Assembly (NCBI GenBank): GCA_008632985.1
Contig: QPGO01000016.1
Coordinates: 530,840 to 594,839, forward strand
Direction: 5' to 3'
DNA length: 64,000 nucleotides
From: Psammoneis japonica
Lineage: Eukaryota
The notes under the pieces are model-generated. The model ran no database searches, was not told where the DNA came from, and saw only the letters and a program-made list of their open reading frames with translations. Position 1 is the first letter of the stretch, and every line of letters starts with the position of its first letter. Below, one piece after another: positions 49,072 through 62,900 of this stretch. The translations under genes were made by a program, and so were the position numbers.

Positions 49072-50156
49072 CAGCAGCAATGAGAGAAGGACACATGTGA
49101 GCAACAAGAAATCATCATGTTGTTGAGTCAGAAGCAAGCTGTCCATGTGACACAAGCAGCGCCCCTGGGTTTCCTCTGTGCCAAAGCCGAGAAGCTTTTT
49201 TCACCACAACGTTGTTTTGCCATGCCCCAGTGCTGCTGCCGAACAACCAAACACTGCTTCTGGCAACAAAGCATTCCAAGAGAGCACACCCAACAACTGT
49301 GCTGGCAGCACTCAAGATGTGTCTGCACTCACTGGATCAAGCCGCAGCTTGCGCCAAGCAGCTCTTGCTGCAGCAGAGTGGGCAACATTTCAGTGCTGCC
49401 AGTTTGTTCAAAATCTCTCAGCAGCTTTTCCAGCATTTTTGCAGCCCTGCAGGAGTTGTGGACCAAATGAGACACAGCCCTTGATGCCCTGGTTGCAGTG
49501 AGTTGCTGCCACTTCATTTCAGCCTGCAGCTTGGCACACTTTGCACTTCGGTGTCTCCCATTGTGGAGAGCATGAGTTCAGAGAAGCCTTTCAGGGTGCA
49601 TGTGGTCCTGCCAAGTGTCTTGCAGACAAGGTCAAGTCACACACCAGAAGAGTTGACAAGGGTGGGGTGAAGGTCAACATGGGCTGAAGACATCTGTGCT
49701 GTGCTCTTCCTTTGGTCAAAACTGGCACAATGTTCACATCAGCACACCAGCGGTTTGAGGCAATGCAATCTTTCATTGACAAGCAGAGTTGTTGGAAAAT
49801 GCAGCAGATGGGAAATGCAGGTGACCTGGGTGCATTGAAGAGAAGATGTTGTTGCTGGGGTTTTCCATCACAAGGAAGTGGTCAGCCCCAGATGAGGAAG
49901 AAGACGAGGAAAAACTTTTGTGCTGAGATCCTGTGCAGATCCCATGCAGATTGTGACATCAGCTGTTGCTGTGCACACTGCTTTTTGGTGCAAGACTGTG
50001 CAATGATGGACAATGCAGGCAGCCAGAGAAACCTCAAGGAGCATTGACAAGTGCATCTGTTGAATAACTTTCTCCCAACTTGAGCTTGTTGTGGACTTGG
50101 TGAGACAGAACATGTTGGAAGAGACCACCATGGAAGCTCATCCATTTGTGCTCAAG

Positions 50157-50498
50157 AACATGGTCCCCAATGGTGTCCACCTTGCTTGTTGAATGCAACT
50201 GCAATGCAGCATTTGACAATGTGGTGATCAAAGTGTTTTGGCAGCTGTGGGCTTGGCTGCCTGCAACCAGACAAGTCAACCACTGGGTGAAAGTGCCATG
50301 TTGGTTGCAACTTGCAGCACATCACGACAATTGATTTTTCCTCATCTGGCAACATGGTTCCCAGTGGTGTTCACCTTGCTCATCCAATGCAGTGTTTGAA
50401 GTGTTTTGGCAGCTGTGGGCTCTGGATGAGTCTGCTGCCAGATGAAAGGACAATGTCAAAACAAACGGCAAAGTGAATCATGACAATTGATTTTTCCT
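50157..50498. repeat. Diverged direct repeat upstream of copia element
   Basis: aacatggt.ccca.tggtgt.caccttgct...aagtgttttggcagctgtgggct...gacaattgatttttcct occurs twice. Confidence 0.8.
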
Positions 50499-50570
50499 GG
50501 CTGGTTTCCTTGTCTTTCTCATCTGAGGAATTCAGGGTCAAACAAGGTGTTCCCTGTGACAGAAAATCCC

Positions 50571-53500
50571 AGTTGTTGCTCCTGATGTTGAAAATTTGGC
50601 AACTCTTTGCCATTGAGATTTGTCACCAATCTCTCTCTCTTTTGCTTGTGAACTCTCATCTCACTTTTTGGAGTGAGTCATTTGGTTCACACAATTTCAT
50701 CCCTGGTGTCAGCAGGTGCCTGTTTGAGTTGTGAGTTTGAAATTTGTTTCAGAACTTCTGGGCAATCCACAGTCACTGCAGCAACCAAGACAGTTGCAGC
50801 AAGCAGAGCAGAAGACCTCACCTGATTCCCTTTCAGCAACATTGACTTGCTGGTTCAACACTCACTCCATGGAGTTGCTGGCGCTGCATTTGGTGCTTGA
50901 AAATGCTGTCACACTTGCAGTCAATTGAACCCTGAAGACCTGCACAAATGAGTGGCAGAGGGGAAGTGGCAGATTGAACAACCAAGGCCAAGGATGTGGT
51001 CACAGTGGAAGAAATGACAAGAGCCACAGGTCATCAAACCCAAAAAAGACCAATGACAAGAAGCACTTTCAGCCTGAGATGAAGTTTTGTCCATCACAGA
51101 ACAGCAACACTCTCAATGCTGCACACAAAGATTTTAAGGAGAAGATCACCTGTCACATGCAAAAGGAGTGCACTTGAGGTGCGCATCTGGCAAGATCCAC
51201 AGAGGATGAGAAATGCAAGGACTTTGGCTCCAAGAGACCCACTTTGGGTGCAGCTGCAATGACTGTTCTGGGCAAGGACAGTGCAGATTGTCAGGCCAAC
51301 CTGGAGAAGAGATGTCAAGAAAAGAGGCAACTGGAGTGCCAGTGCAAAGCAGAGCTGTGTGAACATGACAAAAAAGTGAGAGAGTTTGAAGAAAACAAGA
51401 CAACCCATGTGCCAAGATCATGGACAATTGCTGCACAAAGGATGAAACAGAGAGTGCAGGGGACCCCAACTGTGCAAATGTGGGAATGACCCAATCAAGC
51501 TGCTGAAGCTGACACAAGCACTTGCACTTGACTCAATGAGAAGCTGATGCCCATTCCACACACTTGCCACGTTGCTGCAGAATGTGCTGGATGTGAGACA
51601 ACAAGACAGTGAGCTGCTGAATGGCTGCCTGTCAAGATTCAAAATCAGCAAGACACTGCTGTCAAAGGACTGGGAGACAGAATGGCTTGATGGCTTCATC
51701 GCCAATGCTAAAAAACACAAGGATGCCAGTCCAGTGGACAAAGACATTCTGTGAGACAGTGTGAGAGAGAAATGGACAACCTTTGTGTGTTGGCAGAGAA
51801 CAGCAATGACTGCTGCTGCAAGAGCTTGGAGAAGAGCTTTGTCAGACACTGCAGCCTGGGCAAGGACATGCATGCAAAGACCCTCAACATGGCAATGGAT
51901 GTGCTGCTCAACCATCCAAAAGATGACACTCCTTACAAACAACACAGCCAGAGGAGTGACAACCATGCGAACAACAAGAGTGACAGCAAGAATGAGATGA
52001 CAATCCCAATGCTTCAAAAGACCAGAGTCATGCCCAGAAGGGCAGTCAGGGTGAGATTGTGACATGCCGCTGTTGTGGTGAGCTGAATCACAAGTCCCCA
52101 GATTGCAAGCACAAAGATAAAATGGCATTTAAAGATTGGTTCAGGAGTGCCAGAAAGAAGCCAGATGCCAAGGGACAGAGCCACACACAAAGACAAGATG
52201 ACTCATTGATGTGGACAGTGACACAGAAGCACTGACACCACCAGATTCAACTGATCAACCCATTCTGGCCAAAGAAGAAGCACTGGCATGGCATGGATTG
52301 CAGCTGGCAAATGAAGGACCAGAGACAAGCATGAGCCAAGTCAATGTGAAGACATTGATGCGGATGATGTCATCCTTGACAATGGCTTCACCCTCAATGC
52401 TTTGGCAAGCCAGAGACTTGTGCACAATGCACAGCTGGAAAAGACCAAGATTGACCTGTCTGCAAGTGCAAGAGTGGACATTTTAGATGAAAACTGCAAC
52501 ATGCCCAGTGGGGGGATGTGAAGCTGGGATTGCAAAGTGTGATGGTGAACATCCACAGTTTGAAGAGTGCCAATGGCAAATGCTGCACAACTTGTGACAG
52601 CTGAGTGGTGGATGAGTTCTGTCTGCTGAAAAGAAGACTGGCAAACAGGTCACAGTGTCAAAAGTGAATGATGTTGGACTGCATGCCTTCATGCCCAGCC
52701 AGAAGTTCTTAAATCATGCAACAGTCCTCAAGAGAGAGAGAGAGAGCTGCATGTGAGCATGCTGTCAAAGATGACCAAGATGGAGAAGAACAATGGCAAG
52801 AATGCAGGAGTGGATCTGGGAGCTGTGGCTCCAGTGGTGGAGCAGAACTTCATGGGCTGCACCAAGAGGGACACACCGAGCACCAAGAAAGCACTCAGAC
52901 TGTGCCACGAGGCTGGAACACCCAATGTCAGGGATTTCAAGCCATTTTTACATTTGAATCAGGTGAAGAACTTGTCCATCATTCCTGAAGCCATTGACAG
53001 GATGGAGTTCATCTGGGGCCCACCAACAGATGCACCAAAGGGCAAGACCAAGCATGCGCGCCATTCTCATGAGAGGAGCAACATTGTTGCCACGCCACCT
53101 GAGACACATGAGAAGCAGAGAGAAGATGTGATCCTCTGCATTGATGCCATGGAAGCATGTGGTGTTGAGCTGCTGCATTTGCTGACAAGATGGTCAAGTG
53201 CCAATTGAGTGTGAGACTGAGGTCCAAGAAGCACGCCAATTGTTTGCAATGCTCTGGACATGTTTCTGTGATGGCACAACATGGCTCTGTTCAAGATTGA
53301 CTTTGTTGAGTGAGATCCCAAGTTCAAGGCAAATGCCAGCAGATGTGGCAGATGGCATGAATCTGGAGCCCATCAAAGAGTGAACTCAAGCCACTGTGCA
53401 CCACATGCTGTGCACAATGATGCCCAAGTTCATGTGCAAGCAAGCCATCATCAAGAACACTGTCAGGTTGAGCATGCACCCACAAAGGAAGGAATTTCTG

Positions 53501-56190
53501 AAACTTGCAGTCTGCACACTGCTGTGCAACAAAGAAACCCACACTGCGACAAACACTTCAAATTCATGTTTGGGGGATTTGCACTTTCCCACATTGAGAA
53601 CAAGCTGATGAACATGATGGAGACATGTGGCATTGACAGCATCTGCTTGTGACCACATTTTGATTCATCCAAGGGCAGACACTGTGCCACGAACCTGCAC
53701 AAAAGGAAACTTTTGAACCCCTGCCACTGCAACGCTGCACCCTTGGCCAAAATGCATTCATTCTAGCTGTTGAGAAAATGGCTGTGTCACAAGGCATCAA
53801 GGAACTCAATTTCACAGGCAAATGTGGAAACAATCTCCAGCACAATGCTGATTGGACTGCAGGAGTGGGCAACAACAAAAATGAAAGCAACAGCAACAAA
53901 AGTGACAGCAAAGATGATTGCAATGACCAAGTCAGAAAACAAAGACTGTGAAGACAACCCTGACACAGATGATGAGTGTGACAAGCCAAATAAGATCCCA
54001 GCCAATGAGATGCCCAGTCCCAATCACCATCATGAGAACCAAGAAGTTGAAGATGAAGACTGTGAACATCAGGATGAAGAGGAAATGCCCAAAGATGAGG
54101 ACAAAAATGATCCACTGGAAGATGGCATGGACTCCCAACCAGATGACAGGTTGGAAGGGGAAAGATTGGTGGAAGAGGCAAGCACCTCTGCTGGAAGAAA
54201 AACCAGAGGTGGGGCATGACATCCTTTGACATTGCAACATGCAAGCACAGAGAAAAGAAAGTTTGATTTGTGGGAGTGGCAGACACTGACAAAACAGAAT
54301 GAGAATGAGTCAAACTCAAGTGCTTCCATCATTTAAGAACAAACATGAGCCCCAATCCAGGGGATGATGCTGCGCATGAAATGGAGACAGCTGTGGCACT
54401 GGCACAGTTCATGTGCAAGATTGGCAACAAACTCTGATCAGGAAAGGACACCTGCTTTGCCCAACAGCATTTGCTGCATGAAGCCTCAAAGTGTTTGGCC
54501 AGAGAAGGCATGATGCCTCAGAGAAGGAGATTGGGCAACAACTCCATGACAGAGTCTTCTTTGCACCAACATGACAGAATGTTTTTTTTTCACTAACATC
54601 AGCCAAAGATGCAACTCTGGCTGAGCAGACCAAGGCTTTGATTGCCTTGGTGTTCCCAATTGAGAAGCAAGATGGATGCATGAAGTGACGAATGGATTGC
54701 AGTGAGAAACCCACCAGAAAATGGCTGGACAAAGATGAGTCAGCCAGCCCAACAGTGTCACTGGAAGGTGCGCCAATGATGGCTGTTGTTGATGCCATGG
54801 AAGGGTGTGACACATTGAGTGTCAATGCACCGAATGCACCATTTTCAGTGACTTTGACTCTGGAGCCCAAGGGAGGTGAAGACCAGATCATGATGAAGAT
54901 TGCAGGAGTGTTGGTCAACATGCCAGTGAGCATCAATCCCAACCTGCAAAGACCACACATGGTCATGGAAAAGGGAAGAGAGTCCTCTGAGTCCAAGTCA
55001 TCACAGAGCCATCTGCAACAAGTTGGTCATGGGTTTGAGCTCACCCATGCAATCTGTGCATTGCCACTTGGATGATCAATGGCAAGCAGCCCACAATGTG
55101 CTTTCATGTGGATGATCTGTTGTTGAGCCACAAGAGCCCAAAAGCAAAATGACAAATTCCAAACCTGGCTGAACAACAAGATGCATGGAAGCCATGGTGA
55201 AGTCATCACAATGCAAGGGAAGAGATGTGACTGTCTCAGCATGACTCTGGACTTTAGCGTCAAAGACAAGGTGAAGTTCGACATGACCAACTGTGTTCAC
55301 AAGATGGTCAGTCAGTTTCTGGAAAAGATCAAGAGTGTGGATGCTGCCATGATGCCAGCAGGAGAGAATGTGTTCAACCACCAGCAGCACTGGATTGCCA
55401 GTCAAGAAAGCAAAAACATCCCACACACAGGTTGCCAAGGAGCTGTTTCCATCCAAGAGAAGCTGCTCAGATGTTCACCCAACTTTCACAGTGCTGTGTG
55501 CACAAGTCAGGGAGCCTGCCAACAAGGGCTGGGGGAAGCTGGTCCATTGCATTGTTTGAACCAGACACAAACTGAAGTCACCACACTGAGTGCAAAAAGA
55601 CCTCCAAGTTGTTGAGTGGTGTGTGGATGCATTGTTTGCAGTGCATCCAGATTTCAAGAGCCACACAGGAGGAGTTGTGACCATGGGTGACAGAGCAGTG
55701 CAGACCATGTCAAAATGCCAGGAGCTCAACACCTGAAGCAGTGCAGAAGCCAAGCTGGCAGGAGTCAACACTGCAATGACTGTGACAATGTGGACTGAGT
55801 TGTTCATGGAACACCAAGGTCATCCAATTGAAAATGCTGTTGGGAAAGTGCAACGCTGTTGGGAACCAATGGGTGCTGGAGTGCTGGCAAGCAATCCAGA
55901 GCACTCAACATTTGGCGCTTCTTTGTTGCTAACCAGGTTGAGAAGGGCAATCTCAAGATGCAGCATTGTCTGACTGATGACATGTTTGGGGATGCCATGA
56001 CAAAGCCATTGCAGGGTGAGAAGTTTTGAAAGTTCAAATGAGCCATTGTGGGCTGATTGCTTCAAGCATGGCAGGTGTGATGCCCTGCAACCTGGAAAAA
56101 GTGGCAGGCTGTTCAGTTCAACCAACCACAATCTGTTTTGTTGACAGCAGCCATGATGTTGATGTTGGTGGTCATGGACCATGTGGGGTG
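50571..56190 (+). mobile_element. Degenerate Ty1/copia (CoDi-like) LTR retrotransposon, near full length
   Basis: gag (NDPIKLL, SLGKDMHAKTL), CCHC knuckle CRCCGELNHKSPDC ~52065, protease ILDNG ~52370, integrase, RT (EKEIGQLHDR, EKQDG), RNaseH VDALFAVHPDFKSHTGG and TKPLQG, in copia order. Confidence 0.9.
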
Positions 56191-56841
56191 ATGAAACCCT
56201 TGTGCTGTGTGATGCAATGACATGGCAGTGGCCAGAACAACGCTGGGACAAGCTCAAGTGGTTGGCTGCATCATCAGAGCCAAGAAAAGAATTGGCCAAA
56301 AAAAGAGGAGAATTCCAAGTGCAAGACTGTTGCTGTGCACTGGAAGAACATGAAGAGCAGAGGAAGAGTGGGTGTGGCTCACTGCCACAGGACCCACTCA
56401 ACCATTGAGAAGTGATTGATGTGGGTCCATTGATGATTGAGTTTTTTGAGGATGAGACAAGCCCATCTGGACCATCCTTCATGGATTGTTGGAGAAGAAC
56501 AAAAAGGAATTTGAGGAAACATTGCACAAGCTGTGGAAGGCAAGGTTCCACACCATGTGACATGTGCACGCCACAAAGCAAGAGTGGGCCAATGAAGCAC
56601 ACCAGCACATGTCCACGACTGCACTGATGATCTCCCTGTTTGATGACAAAGGTGAGACAAGGCTCACATTGAGGCAGCTGATGCACTGGGCAGTTGTGTT
56701 GTTGAAATGCCACAAGGAGATGTGGAGTCCATGCACTGTGATGAAGTTGGGCTGAGAAACCAATGTGAAGATTGGGAGTGTGTTGGAACACACAGCAGAT
56801 GGGAGGTGCAAGGAACCCAGATGCATTGAAGAGGAGATGAT

Positions 56842-58850
56842 GTTGTTCCTGATGTGGAAGATTTGGTGGCTCATTTTGTTCAAGATCTCATTGTCGCTGA
56901 TCTCCCCTGCTTGTGAATTGTTCATCTCACTCTTTGGAGTGTGTCTTTTGGTTGACACCATTTTGTTGTTTGTGTCAGATGGTGTGTCCATTGCATCACA
57001 ATTGAGAGAAGTTTGATTGAGAACTTCCAGGCAAACTGCAGCTGGGTGCTGCAGCAGCCAAGGCAAGTGCAACGAGTGGCACAGGAGACCTTGTGGGATT
57101 CCCTTTTTGTGACATTGACTTGCTGGTTGAACAATTGACACATGTGGCATTGACAGCATTTGCCTGTGACCCCCCATTTTGATTCACCCAAGGGCAGGCA
57201 CTGCATCACAAACCTGCACACAGGAAAACTTTTGAGCCCCTGCCACTGTGCCACTGCACCCTGCTTGAAAGACACACACATCTGAGCTGTCAAGAAGAAG
57301 ACCACATCACAAGGCATCAAGGAACCCAAGGTCATGGGCAAAACATGGAGACAATCTCCAAGATGCTGATTAGACTGCAGGAGTGGACACCAATGAAAAC
57401 AAAGACAGCACCAACAACAAAAGCCACAGCAAAAATGAAGACTGTGAAGACAAACCTGACTCAGATGATGAGTGGGAAGAGGCAACTGAGATCCCAGCCA
57501 ACAAAAAAAAACAGCCCCAATCAACAACACTGGAGCCAAGAATTCAGAGAAGAAAACTGCATGCATCATGAACAAGATGAAGTGCCTGAATGTGGGGATG
57601 ACAGTGATGCACCTGAAAAGATGACAAGGACTCCCCAGCCAGACAACGGGTTTTGAAAAGAGAAACTGGTGGACAAGGCAAATGCCCCAGCTGGCAGAAG
57701 GACCAGAAGCAGCACAAACTTTGGTGCATCCTTTGACATTGCCACACACAAACACAGAGAAAAAATCACAATTTGCAGGAGTGGCGGACGCCAATGAAGA
57801 GGGATGAGAACAGATCAAACTCAAGTGCTGCCACCATTTAAGAACAAACATGAGTCCCAACCCAGGGGACGACATTGAATGCAATGCAGAAACAGCTGTG
57901 GCAATGGCACAATTCATGTGCAAGATCAGCAACCAACTCTGATCAGGAAATGGCACCTGTTTTGCCAAGCAGCATTTGCTGCATGAAGGCCCCAATGTGT
58001 TTCACCAGAAGTGGCTTGATGCCTCTGAAAAGGAGATTGGACAACTCCAAAACAGAGTGTGCTTTGCACCAATGCAAGTTGAAGATGTGACTCCAACTGA
58101 GAGGATCAAGGCTGTGGTTGCCTTGATGTTCCCAATGGAGAAGCAAGATGGTCACATGAAGGGGCAAGTGGATTGCAATGGAAAACCAACTGGAGAAATG
58201 GCTGGACAAGGATGAATCAGCCCAGCCCTTCAGCGTCACAAGAAGGAACACCAAAGACAGCTGTCATCAATGCAATGGATTGGTGCAATGCAATGAGTGC
58301 CAGATGCACCAAGCACATTCATGCAGACATTGACTCTGGAGCCTGAGAGGAAGGTGAAGACCAGATCATGCGCAGTGACTGTGATGCTCCTGTGGACCAA
58401 GCTGTTCATGGAACACCAAGGCCATCTGATTGACAAGAACACCCCACATCCGCGCAACAGGAGCACCACACTGTTGGAGAAGCTGTGATGGATGCAGGAG
58501 TGCAGACAAGCAATCCCTGAGCACTCAACACTTGGCACTTCTTTTTGTTGCTGACCAGGTCAAGAAGGGCAATCTCAAAGTGCAGCATTGTCTGACCAAT
58601 GGCATGTTTGGGGACTTTGTGTCCAAGCTGTTGCAGGGCAAGAACTTTCAAAAAATCAAACAAGCCATTGTGGGCTGTCAGTTTCAAGCATGGCAGGCAT
58701 GGCACCTGTTTGTGATGTCATGTGAGAGTGTTCTGATGTGTGTGGGTAAAGGAACCCTGCAACCCTGAAGACATGATGACATGGGCTGCATGGCTCAACC
58801 AACCACAATCTGTTCTTTTGACAGCAACCATGGTGCCAGTGACAGCAAAT
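56842..58850 (+). mobile_element. Internally deleted second copia copy
   Basis: 56842-57133 resembles 50571-50860; 57138-58360 resembles 53622-54900; 58365-58850 resembles 55777-56190. Confidence 0.85.
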
Positions 58851-59900
58851 GGCTGGCTGGGCAGAGCCAGAGCAAGGGCACACCAATGAAAGCCTTGAGC
58901 CACGTCAACCCATGCAGGAGTGAGTTCTCAAGCACTTGGAGCATGACAAGCTGCAAATGTCATGAGACCATTTTGCATGGAACACACATGGCCATGACAG
59001 TTGGACATGCAGAGCTTGAGTTTTTTCACAACATTGTGGCCACACTTGGCATTGTGCAGATCCTGTGCAGACCCTTCACACAAAGTGAGTCGCTTGCGCG
59101 ATGATGGCCAGTTGTGCAGCTCGGTCATGTCAAGCTCCCACAGCCTGTTGCAAGTCTCGCACTGGGAGCGGCTTTTTCCAACATGTGCTTCTACATGATC
59201 AGCTGTCGCGGAGGTGGGCACCAGCCTGCAGATGCGCGCTGCACTCGCACTCCCATGACAAGGTCAGTGGAGTGACAAGAGGAACCCAGCGTGCTTCTTC
59301 TCCGACACGACAAACTCCATTGTCACCAAACTTGAAGTGCTGTGTCTGGCACATCTGGAATTCATCCGGAGTCCCCAGATGTTGTTTCAGGTCCTGATGA
59401 AGAACTCCTGTCATCACATGTGTCTTTGTTTCACCAGAGTTTGTCTTCTCATGTGACGCTCTTCTTGTCAGAGTTTTTGATTTCTTCATTCTTTGTTCAA
59501 GCTTTTTGAGTTTGTCTGCTGCCTGCAGCCAGCTGGCGCTGTTGCTGCAGAGTTTTCTGGTTCTGCTTTCTGTTGCTTCAATGCTGCCCCTTTCTTTGGC
59601 AGGCAACAGACAAATTTCTGCTCTCACAGCCGGCCTCTCTAGCCTGTCTCTTTAAAAGGGCCTGCATCAAATAAAAAATTGACGCCATTGATGTCATTTT
59701 TGTTCTTCGGTGTTCCGAGTGAAGATCTGCGCTGCACCTTGCTGTTCGGGGGTGACAACACCTTGTGACAACATTTCATCGATGAATCATTGATGAACGA
59801 TTTGAGATTGCAGTCAAGGAACAGTCTTTGCAGGAACCGAGTCACATGCAAACTTTGACGCTGCGTGTGAATGATCAGCTCTCCATTTGCTCATGTGTGA

Positions 59901-62900
59901 ATGCTCTGCTCAAAGATCCAGAACTCAAAGATGCAAAACGATGTGAGGAAACTGGACTTCCACGTGCCTCTCTTTGGGCAAGACTCGGAACTCGCCCTCC
60001 TCAGAAATGCCTTGGAGGATGCCGCTTCCGGCGTCACACTGGTGAGGATCCATGGTGATTCAGGAACAGGCAAGTTGAAGTTGATTGAAACATTTCAGAA
60101 TCTTGCAAAGGAAACATGTGTGTTTGGGATTGGCAAGTTTGAGGAACAGGTCGATGAGCCGTTTTCAGCCATGGCGGATGCGCTCAATGATGTTTGCAGT
60201 CAGGTCCAAGATTTAGGCACGTTCCCACCCCGATAATTTCGGCCGTAAAATAAACACAATTTCGTTCTACACAAAATTCCTGTAGAAACTCTCGTACAAG
60301 AAAAATCGCACGTCTGTTTTCCATCCTTCAATTTACAGCCGTAATTATCAGCAATTTACGACGACAGGTGTCGGTCGTCGTAAATTCTCTCCCGTAAATA
60401 TATATAATTTTCACGGTAAATTCGGCGTTTTGGGAGCTCGAACGTGCCACGTCACAACCTCTCCCATTTTATTTCTCTGCTCCGATCGATCCGCACAACA
60501 ACCATGATGGCTGCTGCCATGAACGGACCCGTTCATACACGAACGACCGTCCAGTCTACGAAGGTAACAATATAGAGACAGGTTAATAAGACTACGCTTG
60601 ATACGATCAACTTGTCAGAATCTTGAGTTTTCGTTGTTGTTGTGGCTTATGACGTCCGTGTCGACTCATGGTAGTTTTGATGTCTTCGTTTCTCTTTTTC
60701 AGATTTCGCGTTGGTATTCTTCACAAACCATGCGTCTACAGACTTGACGCTGAATCTTCGCAGCAATATATGATCTGATGTTACATTGAGGTGGTTCTTG
60801 GGTGTATACTCAAGGTTGTTATACTTGATTGACGGTCAAGAGTCAAGAACACAAGAATTTTGGTCACGTCGACAACAGCAAGGCTTTTGCTCCGTTGTGA
60901 TAGAATGTGACTATGAAGAAGACTGTGTGCACTTATTTCATTAACCTTATCGTAAGTTGGGACAATTATGTTGGTGGGGGTCAATATTTTGCACAACATC
61001 GTCTGCAATGTGCCTCACAGTGCCTTGCTCTATTTTCTGCTCTCTTCTCTGCGACTTGCTCTGTGTTTTTTTGCTCTTTGAAATGGATTTAAGCCATTGG
61101 TAAACTGCAAGAGATAAGAATAGTGCCTTTTAGCACCTTATACGCTGTAGAAATTTCATTTAGTAGTTTACATGCTGTAGTCTTACTGCATGCCATTGTT
61201 TCGTGGGTCTTTCTGCTCTCTCTGCAACTCTTGCTAGTGGATTGGATATTGGATGTATTTCTTCCGACCTTCACTGGTATTATCATGAGTCTTACTCTAC
61301 TAGAGTAGAGAGGGTAGCAGTGCACGGTCAACAGTGCTCTAGCTGTAGCGCGTGTAGCGTCTCCTCACCGAGCTCGACATGAGATTTTGATGTTTTTTAC
61401 CGATCGAATTCGTTCCCAGCCTGACGCCCGTAAATACGTAAATTTGGCCAAATTATATTTATTTTACGGCCGAAATTATCAGGGTGGGAACGTGCCTTAG
61501 AAAAGACACAAAATGAGTTGCCAGCCAGAGTGTTGGGGAGCATTGTTCCCATGCTGCGGAACAACTGAGACTCCAGCAGCACTCATCTCTTGAGGAGGAA
61601 GGCAACAAACTTTGATCGATTAAAACTGGCGGCTCGTGATCTGATCAGAATTCTTTGTGAGGAACAGCGGGTCATTCTGTTTCTGGATGATTTGCAGTGG
61701 GCGAGACCTGACTCCTTGGAGCTCACAAAGACACTTGTGTCAGACAAGGTGGCCAATCAGCTCCTCTTTGTTGGTTCGCACCGTGAAGTTTCAGTCGAGC
61801 ACAATCTCAACACTCTTTTTGAGAGCAACAAGGATGTTGTCGAAATCCAATTGGCAAGTCTTGACGTTGTGACTGTTAAAAAATTGGTTGCTGCATTGCT
61901 GAAAAAGGAGCCTGATGAAGTTCATGCGCTTGCCACCGTGGTTCATTGCAAGACAGGAGGAAATGCAATCTTTGTGATCCAGTTTCTTCGTTGTCTTGAG
62001 CAGAAAAGATTTCTCGCATGCTCCCTGAAAACGTGTGGGTGGGAATGGGATTTGGATGGGATGCAGTCCCATGCAAACATCACTTCAGACAAAGTTGTTG
62101 ACATGATCATCGACAAGATTCAAACCACCTCTGCAAGTGCTCAACTTGTGTTGACCATTGCTGCGTGCTCTGGCCTGGCAAGGTTTGACATTGACACGTT
62201 GTTTTCAATGACACAAGCAATCGCCGACGTCCACAAGGAGGAAGCCATTGAAAGCATGGGGAGACTCCATTCTGTTTTGGAGACTGCCGCTCAAGATGGA
62301 CTTCTTGAGGAACTCACACCTGGTGAGTTTAAGTTCGCCCACGACCGGGTGCCAGAAAGTGCAACTTCTCTTCTTCCCAGCGGCCAAAAGAAAGTTTTGC
62401 TTCACTGCAAGATTGGGCAACGGCTGCAAAACATGAGTTTGATGGCCAATGACAACAGCCATGTTGGCAAGACCCGGCTCCTCCTGCTTGGTGTTTGCCA
62501 GCTGAATCTTGCCAAAGACCTTGCAGTGGATGTAGAGGAAAGAGAAGAGGTTGCACGCCTCAATCTTCAAGCTGCTGAAGTTGCCATTCACAAATCCGCC
62601 TTTTTCCCAGCAGTTGAATTTTTGGAAGCAGCTGCAGCTCAGCCAGGAGGGCAAAATGACAGGGATCCTTGGGAGCTGCACTGCAATTTAATGATCAAGC
62701 TGTGTGCTTCTCTTGCCAAGATGAAGCTGTGCTGTGGGAAACTGGACGAATCTCGTCCCATTGCCGACACCGTCTTGCAACGGGCACAAAGTTTGAAGGA
62801 CAAAGTGGGCGCTTGCAGTGTGTCAATTAATGGCCTTGTCCAGCAAGAGAGAATCGAGGATGCCACAGACCTTGACTTGTTGGCAATGGACCAGCTTGGC

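Noticed and set aside
48143..59900. Dense short Cys/His-rich ORFs on both strands (also at 11-13.7, 25-26 and 31-34.7 kb)
   Set aside because: Loss of TA removes TAA/TAG stops and Tyr codons, which inflates spurious ORFs; these are not metal-binding proteins
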